Shown piece after piece: positions 53,383 through 62,847 of a stretch of 64,000 nucleotides of DNA. Under the pieces are notes generated by a model. That model was not told the DNA's origin. It searched no databases and saw only the letters and a program-made list of their open reading frames with translations. The translations under genes and the position numbers were made by a program. This stretch comes from an uncultured Gemmatimonadaceae bacterium. GTDB lineage: Bacteria > Gemmatimonadota > Gemmatimonadetes > Gemmatimonadales > Gemmatimonadaceae. Location of the stretch: contig CAWJMB010000002.1 in assembly GCA_963843845.1 (NCBI GenBank), positions 1,024,001 through 1,088,000 of the forward strand. Direction: 5' to 3'. The stretch's first letter is position 1, and each line of letters begins with the position of its first letter.

Positions 53383-53814
53383 ATGCCCACTCTCGACGCC
53401 ACCGACGTCCAACTCATCGGCCTGCTCCGCGAGAACGCCCGCACCCCGGTCGCGACGCTCGCGAGACAGCTCCGCGTGTCGCGCGGCACGGTGCAGAACC
53501 GCATCGACCGCCTCGTCGCGCAGCGCGTGCTGCTCGGCTTCACGGTGCGCACGGCGCCCGAGGTCGCGCCGCAGCGCGTGCGCGCCGTGACGATGATCGC
53601 CGTCGAGGGTGAGCGCTCGGCGCCGATCCTGACGACGCTGCGCGGCTATCCGCAGGTCACGGCACTCTACACCACGAATGGCCGCTGGGACATCGTCGCC
53701 GAGCTCGGCACCGATACGCTCGAGGCGTTCGACGAGGTGCTGCGGCAGCTCCGGACCATCAAAGGGATCTCGAACTCGGAGACGAGTCTGCTGCTCTCGG
53801 CGCACAAGGCGTGA
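53383..53814 (+). CDS. Lrp/AsnC family regulator, divergent from rocF
   Basis: LDATDVQLIGLLRENAR...VSRGTVQNRIDRL; TNGRWD. Confidence 0.93.
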   Translation: MPTLDATDVQLIGLLRENARTPVATLARQLRVSRGTVQNRIDRLVAQRVLLGFTVRTAPEVAPQRVRAVTMIAVEGERSAPILTTLRGYPQVTALYTTNGRWDIVAELGTDTLEAFDEVLRQLRTIKGISNSETSLLLSAHKA

Positions 53815-53834
53815 CCGCCGCGTTAGCGTTGGGT

Positions 53835-55217
53835 ATGCCCAGTGACCGCTACACCGACCTCGACACGTTCTTCGTCGCGAACTCGGCGCGTATCCGCGAC
53901 GAGCTGTTCGCTTTCCTCCGCATTCCGAGCGTCAGCGCCCGCTCCGAGCACGTCGCCGACATGCGTCGCGCCGCGGGATGGCTGCGCGACGCGATGACCG
54001 CGATCGGCCTGCGGACCGAGATCGCCGAGACGCCGGGGCACCCGATCGTACTGGGCGAGTGGCGGAACGCGGGCCCCGACCGGCCGACGCTGCTCATCTA
54101 CGGCCACTACGACGTGCAGCCGGCCGAGCCGCTGGAGCTGTGGGAGTCACCGGCGTTCGAGCCGACCGTGCGCGACGGCCGCATCTATGCGCGCGGCTCG
54201 GTCGACGACAAGGGACAGCTCTACGTGCACGTGAAGGCGCTCGAAGCCCATCTCAAGGTGCGCGGCGAGCTGCCGGTGAACGTGATCGTGCTCGCCGAGG
54301 GCGAGGAGGAAGTCGGGAGCGAACACCTCGAGCAGTTCATCCGCGCGAACGCCGAGCGGCTGGCGTGCGACGGCGTCGTCATCTCGGACTCGACGATGTT
54401 CGCGCCGGGGCAACCCTCGATCCTCTCGTCGCTGCGCGGGATGGCGTACTTCCAGATCGACGTGCACGGGCCGAGCGGGGATCTGCACTCGGGGATGTAC
54501 GGCGGCGCGGTCGTGAACCCGGCCATGGCGCTCGCTCGCATCCTGGCGACACTGCACGACGAGGACGGTCGCGTCGCGATCGAGGGGTTCTACGACGACG
54601 TGCACCCGTTCCCCGACGCCGTGCGCGAGGGGATGCGCGCCCTGCCGTTCGACGACGAAACGTTCCGCGCCGAGGTCGGCGCCCCGGCGCTCGGCGGCGA
54701 GCCCGGGTACACGGTGCTCGAGCGGCTGTGGACGCGGCCGACGTGCGAGGTGAACGGGCTGCTGTCCGGCTACACGGGGGAAGGCGCGAAGACGGTGCTC
54801 CCCGCGCAGGCGATGGCGAAGGTGAGCTGCCGCCTCGTTCCCGCGCAGGAGCCGGCGCGCATCGAGGCGCTGATGCAGGCGCATGTCGAGCGCGTCGCGC
54901 CCGCGGGCGTGACGGTCCGCGTGGAGCATCTGCACGGCGGGCGTCCGTGGCGCGCCGATCTCGAGGGCCCGCTGTTCGACGCCGCCCGCCGCGCGCTCGC
55001 CGGCGCGTTCCCGAACCCGCCCGTCGTCGTCGGCGAGGGGGGCTCGATCCCCGTGGTCGGCGACTTCGAGTCGATCCTCGGCGCACCGGTGCTGCTCGTC
55101 GGCTTCGGGCTGCCGGGGGAGAATGCGCACGCCCCGAACGAGTGGATCGCCGTCGAGAACTTCGAGCTCGGGATGCGGGCGATGGCGCGGCTGTACGCGG
55201 AGTACGGGATGACGTGA
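53835..55217 (+). CDS. M20 family dipeptidase
   Basis: YGHYDVQP, ARGSVDDKG, EGEEEVGS, DLHSG, GGSIP, HAPNE. Confidence 0.93.
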   Translation: MPSDRYTDLDTFFVANSARIRDELFAFLRIPSVSARSEHVADMRRAAGWLRDAMTAIGLRTEIAETPGHPIVLGEWRNAGPDRPTLLIYGHYDVQPAEPLELWESPAFEPTVRDGRIYARGSVDDKGQLYVHVKALEAHLKVRGELPVNVIVLAEGEEEVGSEHLEQFIRANAERLACDGVVISDSTMFAPGQPSILSSLRGMAYFQIDVHGPSGDLHSGMYGGAVVNPAMALARILATLHDEDGRVAIEGFYDDVHPFPDAVREGMRALPFDDETFRAEVGAPALGGEPGYTVLERLWTRPTCEVNGLLSGYTGEGAKTVLPAQAMAKVSCRLVPAQEPARIEALMQAHVERVAPAGVTVRVEHLHGGRPWRADLEGPLFDAARRALAGAFPNPPVVVGEGGSIPVVGDFESILGAPVLLVGFGLPGENAHAPNEWIAVENFELGMRAMARLYAEYGMT

Positions 55218-55260
55218 ATGCGTCCGCAGGGTACGCGGCTTGCTCACCGTGCCGCTCACC

Positions 55261-57675
55261 ATGCCCTCTCGAACCCGCGCCCTCGCGCTCCTCGCGCAGG
55301 TAGCGGCTGCCGTGCTCGTCACGGTGGCCCCACCGGTACGCCCCGCCGCCGCCCAGTCGTTTCGCGACGACCGCGACCAGATGGAGCGCCGCGAGATCCG
55401 CGCCGTCGACTTCGGCGGCGTCAAGTCGGTCAAGCTCTCGGACTTGAAAGAGTCGCTGATGACGCAGCCGTCGGCGTGCAGCGGGCTGCTCTACACGCCC
55501 TTCTGCCTCGTCTCGAAGTCGCCCTACTTCTACGAGCGGCACTACTTCGACGAGCTCGAGTTCCGGCGCGACGTGCTGCGCATCCTCGTGTTCTACTACC
55601 GCCGCGGATGGCGCGATGCGCGCGTCGACACCGTGGTGACGCGCACCCCTGACGAGATCCGCATCCGCTTCGACGTCACCGAGGGGGCGCCGACGCTCGT
55701 CGACACCGTCGTCGTGGCCGGGCTGCCGCAGGGCGTGCGCCGACCGCGCCGGTCGGGCGCCGGCCGCCGCAACATGCTCAGCCCGGGCGAGCCGCTGAAC
55801 ACGATCAAGCTCGACTCGCTCGTCGTCCGGATTCGCGAGTCGCTGCTCGACCGCGGCTACGGCAATGCCGTCGTCGAGGCGCCGCGGATCGACGAGGACA
55901 GCGCCGCGCGCCGCGCGCGCGTCACGATCGCGACCCGCCCCGGCCCGCTCACGCCGATCGCCCGCATCGACGTCGTGCGCCTGACCGGGGACTCGACGGT
56001 GAGCGACGAGACGATCCGCAACTCGCTCACCGTCAAGCCCGGCGACCTGCTCCGTCGCCGCCGCGTCGCCGAGAGCCAGCGCGCGCTGTACGAGTCGGGG
56101 CTCTTTCGCAGCGCGCTGATCGACACCGCCGTCACGACCGACGCGGCGAACGGTCGCACGATCTGCGCGCAGCAGGGAAGCGGCTCGCCGCCGAGCCAGC
56201 TGACGGCGCGCGCGGCCACCGACTCGACGAAGAACCTCGTGGTGTGCGTCATCGGCGGACAGCTGCACGACGCACGCGTCGGCGTCGGCTTCACGACGGC
56301 GGACTTCGTCGCCGTGCAGGGCGCCTACAACGACAACTACTGGCTCGGCGGGCCGCGGCGCCTCTCGATCACCGGCACGGTCGGCAACCTCGGCGCGCGG
56401 CAACTCAACGGGCGCGCGCCCTTCTTCGACATCTTCAGCAGCATCCCGGAGAACCAGCAGGACGACCGCTTCTACCGGCCGACCTATCAGGCCGGCGCCG
56501 ACGTGCGGTGGCGCTGGCTCGGGTCGCCGCGCAACACGTTCGGCACCGGCATCTTCGCGAGCCGCCGCTCGTCGCCCGGCGTGTTCATCGACCGCAGCTA
56601 CGGCGCGAACGCCGCCTTCACGCGTACCCTCACGCCGCAGCTGCCGGTCAGTGCGACGTACCGCTTCGAGCTCAACCGCGTCGAAGCCGGCGACATCTAC
56701 TTCTGCGTGAACTTCGGCGTCTGCGATTTCCAGACGATCGACGCGCTGAGCGGGCGGCAGAGTCTTTCGCCGTTCGCGCTCTCGAGCTCCGTCGCGACGA
56801 CCGACGACCCACTCGAGCCGACGACCGGCTACACCGGGCGCCTCGGATTCGAGCACGCGTCGAAGGTCACGTTGAGCGACTACCGCTACAACCGCGCGAG
56901 CGCCGACGGCGCGACCTACTTCCGCCTGCCGTTCCGCCGCGCGATCCTCGCCGTGCACGCACAGATCGGCTACGTCCGCGCGCTCGGCAGCACGAACGCG
57001 GCGGTCGGCGTCGCGGGGGGCGGCGCGGTGCTGCATCCGAGCAAGCGGTTCTACGCCGGCGGCTCGCAGAGCGTGCGCGGCTTCGGCGAGAATCAGCTCG
57101 GCCCGCGCGTCCTGACGGTGGACCCGAACGCGATTCGAGGGCGCGACTCCGACGACGCGACGGCGACCTGTCCTGCGACGACGGCGTCCACGCTCGCCGC
57201 CTGCTTCGCGCAGCGCGGAGACTCGATCACCGACGAGAACTTCGCCGAACGGCCGTTGGGCGGCACGGCGGTCGTCGCCGGCAATCTCGAGGTCCGCGTG
57301 CCGATCGCCGGCCCGCTCATCGGCGCCATCTTTCTCGACGGCGCGCTGCTCGGCGAACGGTCGTTAGGCGATTTCACGAACAGCACGGGCGCGATCACGC
57401 CAGGCTTCGGCGTGCGCTACCTGTCGCCCGTCGGGCCGATCCGCGTCGATGTCGGCTTCCGGCCGAAGCTGCAGGAGGCGCTGCCGGTGCTGACGCAGGT
57501 GACCGACGCGAGCGGCGTGCGCCGGCTCGTGGACCTCACCGGCGGGCGCGGCTGCACCGGCTCCAGCACCGCAGCCGACGGCTGCCGCCTGTTCCCCCTC
57601 CGCGAGAGCGACAAGGCGATCAGCCGCTTTCTGAACCGACTCACGCTTCATCTCTCCATCGGAGAGGCATTCTGA
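55261..57675 (+). CDS. tamA: TamA/BamA family Omp85 protein
   Basis: POTRA-like N-terminus; FYAGGSQSVRGF, GFGVRYLSPVGPIRVD, terminal IGEAF; directly upstream of tamB. Confidence 0.88.
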   Translation: MPSRTRALALLAQVAAAVLVTVAPPVRPAAAQSFRDDRDQMERREIRAVDFGGVKSVKLSDLKESLMTQPSACSGLLYTPFCLVSKSPYFYERHYFDELEFRRDVLRILVFYYRRGWRDARVDTVVTRTPDEIRIRFDVTEGAPTLVDTVVVAGLPQGVRRPRRSGAGRRNMLSPGEPLNTIKLDSLVVRIRESLLDRGYGNAVVEAPRIDEDSAARRARVTIATRPGPLTPIARIDVVRLTGDSTVSDETIRNSLTVKPGDLLRRRRVAESQRALYESGLFRSALIDTAVTTDAANGRTICAQQGSGSPPSQLTARAATDSTKNLVVCVIGGQLHDARVGVGFTTADFVAVQGAYNDNYWLGGPRRLSITGTVGNLGARQLNGRAPFFDIFSSIPENQQDDRFYRPTYQAGADVRWRWLGSPRNTFGTGIFASRRSSPGVFIDRSYGANAAFTRTLTPQLPVSATYRFELNRVEAGDIYFCVNFGVCDFQTIDALSGRQSLSPFALSSSVATTDDPLEPTTGYTGRLGFEHASKVTLSDYRYNRASADGATYFRLPFRRAILAVHAQIGYVRALGSTNAAVGVAGGGAVLHPSKRFYAGGSQSVRGFGENQLGPRVLTVDPNAIRGRDSDDATATCPATTASTLAACFAQRGDSITDENFAERPLGGTAVVAGNLEVRVPIAGPLIGAIFLDGALLGERSLGDFTNSTGAITPGFGVRYLSPVGPIRVDVGFRPKLQEALPVLTQVTDASGVRRLVDLTGGRGCTGSSTAADGCRLFPLRESDKAISRFLNRLTLHLSIGEAF

Positions 57676-60600
57676 TGGCAGACGAATCGCAACAGCAGGC
57701 GCCGACCGATCGCACGCCGCCGGGTGGGCACCCGCACCACCACCGCGGCCGTCGCATCGCGCTCATCGCGGTCACCGCGCTCCTCGGCGTCGTCGCACTG
57801 GCCGTCGTCGCCGTGCTCGTCGTCACGAACACGGACTGGGGGCGCGAGCAGCTGCGCCGCCGGGTCGTCGCGATCCTCAACGACACGGCGCACGGCACCG
57901 TGCGCGTGGGGCGCATCAGCGGCAACCTGCTGAAGGGGATCACGCTGCACGACGTCGCGATCACCGACTCGGCGAACGCGCCGTTCCTCGCGCTCGATTC
58001 GGTGACGACGCGCTACGGCATCCGCTCCTTCATCTCGAAGAAGATCGAGCTGACGGATCTCACGGTGTGGCGTCCGATCCTCGTGCTCGACCGACCGCCG
58101 GGCGGCGAGTGGAACTACGCGCGCATCTTCCCGAGCGACACGACGCAGACGGCCAAGGATTCGACGACGCTCGCGTTCGGCGAGTGGATCGTGCTGCACG
58201 ACGTGAAGGTGCGGAACGGCGACGTCACGGTGCGCATACCGTGGGCGCCCGACACGTCGCTCGCCGGCGCGGCACGCGACAGCGTCATCCGCGTCACTCT
58301 CGACACGACGACCGTGCTGCCGCGGCAGCGCGTCGTGCAGGTCGCCGGTGGCTATCAGCAGGTGCAGCGCTTTCACCAGCTGACGGCGGTGTTTCCGCTG
58401 CTGCAGCTCGCGAAGCCGAACGAGCGCGCGCGGCGCGTCGAGATCGACAGTCTCGCGGTAGCGGCATACCCGTTCCGCCGGCCAGGCGCGCAGGTGCAGC
58501 AGGCGCGCGGCCTCGTCCTGATCGACGCGGACTCGCTCTGGTTCCGCGATCTCGCGGCGCAGCTCCCGAACTCGCGCGCGACGCTGACGGGCACGTACGG
58601 ACTGAACACGAGCGACCTCATGATCGCCGGCCGCGCCGCGCCGGCCGACCTGCACGACGTTCGCTTTCTCTACCCGGCGCTCCCCGACACCGGCACCGCG
58701 ACGACGGACTTCCGCGTCGCGCTGCTGGGGAACGGCGGCTTCGCGCTCCGCTTCTCGGGGCTCGACCTGCGCTCGGAGCAGACGACCATGCAGGGCGACC
58801 TCGGGATCAGCTTCCTGCCCGACCTGCGCATCGACACGACGAACGTGCGCTTCAGCGGCCTCACGACCGGGCTGCTCGCGCAGCTCGTGCCTGCCGCGGT
58901 ATCGCCGTACCGCGGCACGTTGGGCGGGCGCGTCTCGGCCGACGGCGATCTCGCCGAGCTGACGCTCGACGCCGACGTCACGTTCGACGAGGTGCGCACC
59001 GGCCGCAGCCGGGTCGTCGCGACCGGGAGCGTGGGTGCGGAGAGCACGGTCGTCTCCGCGCGGCAGCTGCGCCTGCGCTTCCTGCCGGTGCAGGTGGCGC
59101 TCGCGCGGCAGTACATGGCGACGCTCCCCGTCGGCGGCACGATCACCGGCAGCGCGATCGTGCAGGGCGCGACCGACCGCCGGCTCGACGTCACGGGCAT
59201 CGACCTGACGCACCTCGACCGTGGCGCGACGTCGCGTGTCGGCGGGCGCGCGTCGGTCGCGTTGGGCGGGGCGTCGTCGGCTGGCCGCGGCGCCGGCGAC
59301 CGTCGCGCGCCCTCGCGCGACGAGTTGCGCCGCGACGCGACGTCGCCGGCGCCGCGCCGAGAGCAGGACCGCCCGCGCGTCGCGACCGCCACGCGCAGCG
59401 GCGCGCGCCCGAACCCCTGGTTCGACGTCGACCTCGACGCGCGTCCGCTGTCGCTCGTCACGGTAGGGCGCTTCGCTCCGGCATTAGGCCTCCGCGGCAC
59501 CGCGCGCGGTCCGATCCGCGCCCGCGGCACGATGGAGAGCTTCTCCGTGAACTCGGCGCTCGCCCTCACCGACGGAGGGCGCGTCTCGGTCGCCGGCACG
59601 CTCGGGCTGGGCGTCGTCCCGACGTACGACCTGCGCACGACGATGGCGCTGTTCAACGCGAACGCCGTCGTCGCGAAGGCGCCGTCGACGTCGATCACGG
59701 CGCGGGCGACCGTCGCGGGGCGCGGCAGCGACCCGGCGACGATGGTCGCACGACTGTCGGCCGACGTCAGCACGTCGCGCATCGACACCGTCGCCATCGA
59801 TTCGTCGCGCGCCCGCCTCCGCATCGCGAACGCCATGCTGAGCGTGGACACGCTCGCCGTGCGCGCGCCGGGAACGCAGGTGGACGTGGAGGGGATCTTC
59901 GGGCTCGATTCGCTGCACACCGGCGAGCTCGCCTATCGCGTGAACGTCGACTCGATCTCGGCGCTCGCGCGCTACATCCCGCGGCTCCAGGGGAAGGTCG
60001 AGCCGCGCCCGGCGATCCTCGCCGAGCGACTCGCGCAGGCGCGGGCCGACTCCGCGCGCGTCTCGCAGCGGAACGCCGTGCGCATCGCCGTCGGCGAGCG
60101 ACCGGCCCCGCCGACCGTCGTCGTCGACACGCCGCTCACGATCGCGAAAGACTCGCTCGCCGGCTCGGCGCGCGCCGAGGGGACGCTGCGGGGCAACATC
60201 GACCGGTTCGACGCGAAGGGGAACGCGAGCGCCGAGAACCTGATCGCGTTAGGCAACGCCGTGCGCCGCCTGCGGCTCGCCTACGCCGGCACCGCGATCC
60301 GCTCGAGCGAGCAGTCGTTCGCCGCCGCGGCGGTCGCCGACTCGCTCCTCCTCAGCGGCTTCGCGCTCGACTCGATCGACGTGCGGACGACGTACCGCGA
60401 GCCGGGCGGCAACCTGCAGCTCGCGGTCTTCCAGCGGCAGGCGAGCGACCTCGCCGTGCGCGCCGACTTCGGCATCTACCCGGACCGCAAGGAGCTGTTG
60501 CTCGGCCGCCTCGCGCTGCGCTTCGACTCGACGCTCTGGGCGGCGCCGCACGCGAGCGCCGTGCGCTGGGGCCAGCCGGGTCTCGAGATCGACAACGTCG

Positions 60601-62567
60601 AGCTGACGAACGCACTCGGCGGGCGGATCTACGCGAGCGGACGGCTGCCGACCGGCGGCACGGCGGATCTGCGCGTGCAGGTCAGCGACTTCCAGGTCGC
60701 CGACATCGCGGGGCTGTTGCAGAGCGACGTGCCCGTGCGCGCACTCGTCGACCTCGACGCGCAGGTCAGGGGGCCGCTCACCGCGCCGATCATCACGGCC
60801 ACCGCGGCGCTCGACAGCGCGACGTATCGCGGCACGGTGCTCCCCGACGTGCGCGCCGCCATCGACTACGCCGACCAGCGTCTCGGCGCACGGGCGGAGG
60901 CGCGCGGCAGTCTCCGCGCGACGCTCGCGACCGCGCAGGGCGCGCGGGTCGCGCAGACGCTTCCCGACACCGGCCGCACGCTGGCGATCGTCACGGCGAG
61001 TGTTCCGATCAATCTCGCGCTCGAGGGCGTGGACTCGACGCAGAAGCGGCTCGCCGACGACGCGCCGCTCGTCGCCGAGCTTCGCGCCGACAGTCTGCCG
61101 CTCGACCTCGCGAGCCGCTTCACCGACGCGCTCGCCGACGTGCGCGGCCTCGCACGCGGGACCGGCGCCGTCAGCGGCACGATCAAGAACCCGACGTACA
61201 CGGGGAAGATCGCGCTCGTCGACGCCGGCTTCCGCGTCACGGCGGCCGGGATCACGATGAAGGACGTGAACGGCTCGCTCACGCTGCGCGGCGACTCGGT
61301 CGTCATCGACTCGATCGCCGGCCGCAGCGACGGGCGCATCGCGATCGCGGGGGGCGTCGGCATCAAGAACCCCGCCGAGCCGAGCTTCGACGTGCGCGTG
61401 TCGGTGGCCGATGCGACGATCCTCGACAACGAGATCGGCCGCATCAAGGCCAACGCGCAGATCGCCGCCTACGGGCCGTACACGGGCCTGTTCGTGAGCG
61501 GTGGCGCGCGCGTGCTGGGCGGCGTGCTGTACATTCCCGAGTCGGACAACAAGACGGTCATCGGCGCCGGCGATCCCACGGTGTTCGCGGTCATCGACAC
61601 GGCGCGGCTGACCGACAGCGACCTGATCCCGGCCGAGAACCCGCTGCTCGCGAACCTGCGCACCGACATCTCGTTGGGCGTCGACCGCGACACGTGGGTG
61701 CGATCGCGCGAGGCGAACGTCGAGTTCTACAGCGATGGCGACCTGCGCGTCCGCGTCGAGCGCGCGAAGAGCGCGATCGTGCTCGACGGCATCGTCAACA
61801 CCGACCGCGGCCAGTACACGTTCCTCGGCAAGCGCTTCCAGGTGAAGAGCGGGTCGGCCACGTTCATCGGCACGCAGGAGCTCGACCCGAACCTGCAGGT
61901 CGTCGCCGAGTACGAGGTGCCGCAGGGGCGCCCGCCGCTGACGATCAAGATTCTGATCGGCGGCACCGTACTCGCGCCGCGCATCTCGCTGCAGAGCGAC
62001 GCGCAGCCGCCGATCGCGCAGTCGGACCTGCTGAGCTACCTCGCGTTCGGCAACAACACCGGCGCCCTGCTCTCGTTGGGCAGCGGGTCGAGCGTCAGCG
62101 GCTCGACGTCGGGGGGCGGGCTCGTCGGCACGACGGCGGCGTTCGCGCAGAAGCAGCTCATCGGCGTCGCGTTGGGCGCCGCGGTCGATCAGCTCGAGAG
62201 CAAGGCCGGCCGGTCGTTGGGCGCGGACGTGTTCAACATCACGCCGGTCCCCGGCCTGCCCGACGAGCTGGCCGGCAACTTCGGCGGCGGGCTGCAGCAG
62301 TTCGTGCGCGGAACGCAGATCGAGTTCGGCAAGTACTTCAACCGCCAGCTCTACGTCGCCGTGCAGGCGACGCCGCTCTTCTTCGAGAGCGCGCCGTACG
62401 TGCCGGGCTTCGTGGCGCAGTACCGGTTCTCGCGCTTCTCGGGGCTGTCGATCGAGTCGACGTACCAGCCGCGGTACTTCCTCCCGCCGCCGTCGCTGAC
62501 GGCGGACCAGAACATTTCGCCGAGGAATGCGCTGGGGGTCTTCCTGATCCGCAACTGGCGGTTCTGA
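57675..62567 (+). CDS. tamB: TamB-like translocation/assembly protein (1630 aa)
   Basis: N-terminal TM anchor, long beta-rich body, C-terminal RGQYTFLGKRF...DPNL...LLSYLAFG...EFGKY; TGATG coupling to tamA. Confidence 0.88.
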   Translation: MADESQQQAPTDRTPPGGHPHHHRGRRIALIAVTALLGVVALAVVAVLVVTNTDWGREQLRRRVVAILNDTAHGTVRVGRISGNLLKGITLHDVAITDSANAPFLALDSVTTRYGIRSFISKKIELTDLTVWRPILVLDRPPGGEWNYARIFPSDTTQTAKDSTTLAFGEWIVLHDVKVRNGDVTVRIPWAPDTSLAGAARDSVIRVTLDTTTVLPRQRVVQVAGGYQQVQRFHQLTAVFPLLQLAKPNERARRVEIDSLAVAAYPFRRPGAQVQQARGLVLIDADSLWFRDLAAQLPNSRATLTGTYGLNTSDLMIAGRAAPADLHDVRFLYPALPDTGTATTDFRVALLGNGGFALRFSGLDLRSEQTTMQGDLGISFLPDLRIDTTNVRFSGLTTGLLAQLVPAAVSPYRGTLGGRVSADGDLAELTLDADVTFDEVRTGRSRVVATGSVGAESTVVSARQLRLRFLPVQVALARQYMATLPVGGTITGSAIVQGATDRRLDVTGIDLTHLDRGATSRVGGRASVALGGASSAGRGAGDRRAPSRDELRRDATSPAPRREQDRPRVATATRSGARPNPWFDVDLDARPLSLVTVGRFAPALGLRGTARGPIRARGTMESFSVNSALALTDGGRVSVAGTLGLGVVPTYDLRTTMALFNANAVVAKAPSTSITARATVAGRGSDPATMVARLSADVSTSRIDTVAIDSSRARLRIANAMLSVDTLAVRAPGTQVDVEGIFGLDSLHTGELAYRVNVDSISALARYIPRLQGKVEPRPAILAERLAQARADSARVSQRNAVRIAVGERPAPPTVVVDTPLTIAKDSLAGSARAEGTLRGNIDRFDAKGNASAENLIALGNAVRRLRLAYAGTAIRSSEQSFAAAAVADSLLLSGFALDSIDVRTTYREPGGNLQLAVFQRQASDLAVRADFGIYPDRKELLLGRLALRFDSTLWAAPHASAVRWGQPGLEIDNVELTNALGGRIYASGRLPTGGTADLRVQVSDFQVADIAGLLQSDVPVRALVDLDAQVRGPLTAPIITATAALDSATYRGTVLPDVRAAIDYADQRLGARAEARGSLRATLATAQGARVAQTLPDTGRTLAIVTASVPINLALEGVDSTQKRLADDAPLVAELRADSLPLDLASRFTDALADVRGLARGTGAVSGTIKNPTYTGKIALVDAGFRVTAAGITMKDVNGSLTLRGDSVVIDSIAGRSDGRIAIAGGVGIKNPAEPSFDVRVSVADATILDNEIGRIKANAQIAAYGPYTGLFVSGGARVLGGVLYIPESDNKTVIGAGDPTVFAVIDTARLTDSDLIPAENPLLANLRTDISLGVDRDTWVRSREANVEFYSDGDLRVRVERAKSAIVLDGIVNTDRGQYTFLGKRFQVKSGSATFIGTQELDPNLQVVAEYEVPQGRPPLTIKILIGGTVLAPRISLQSDAQPPIAQSDLLSYLAFGNNTGALLSLGSGSSVSGSTSGGGLVGTTAAFAQKQLIGVALGAAVDQLESKAGRSLGADVFNITPVPGLPDELAGNFGGGLQQFVRGTQIEFGKYFNRQLYVAVQATPLFFESAPYVPGFVAQYRFSRFSGLSIESTYQPRYFLPPPSLTADQNISPRNALGVFLIRNWRF

Positions 62568-62661
62568 GAATTCCATGGCGCGGTCGATACGGCACCGACG
62601 ATGAACCGTGAGTGCGCGGGCGACCGGGCGCCGGCGGTGAAGCGCTGAAGCGGGAGCAGCG

Positions 62662-62708
62662 GAAGAAAGGCATGGCCTGGTTCTCGGCATCGAGACACCA
62701 GGCCATGC
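62662..62708 (-). terminator. Hairpin between convergent tamB and rho
   Basis: gcatggcctggttctcg-gcat-cgagacaccaggccatgc, followed by CTTTCTTC on the minus strand. Confidence 0.55.
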
Positions 62709-62847
62709 GCTCGTTACGCCCGTCCGAATTCCACGCCGTCCCGCCCGCGCTTCACCGACAGCGCCGTATCGCCCGCGTCGTCACGGTTCACCGCCCCCGC
62801 CGTATCGACCCCGCCCAACCGACCCCGCCCCTGGCGACAGCGAGCGA

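Noticed and set aside
56244..57674. N-terminal extension of the 2107-aa TamB ORF
   Set aside because: Off-frame overlap with tamA; the real start is the TGATG at 57675.
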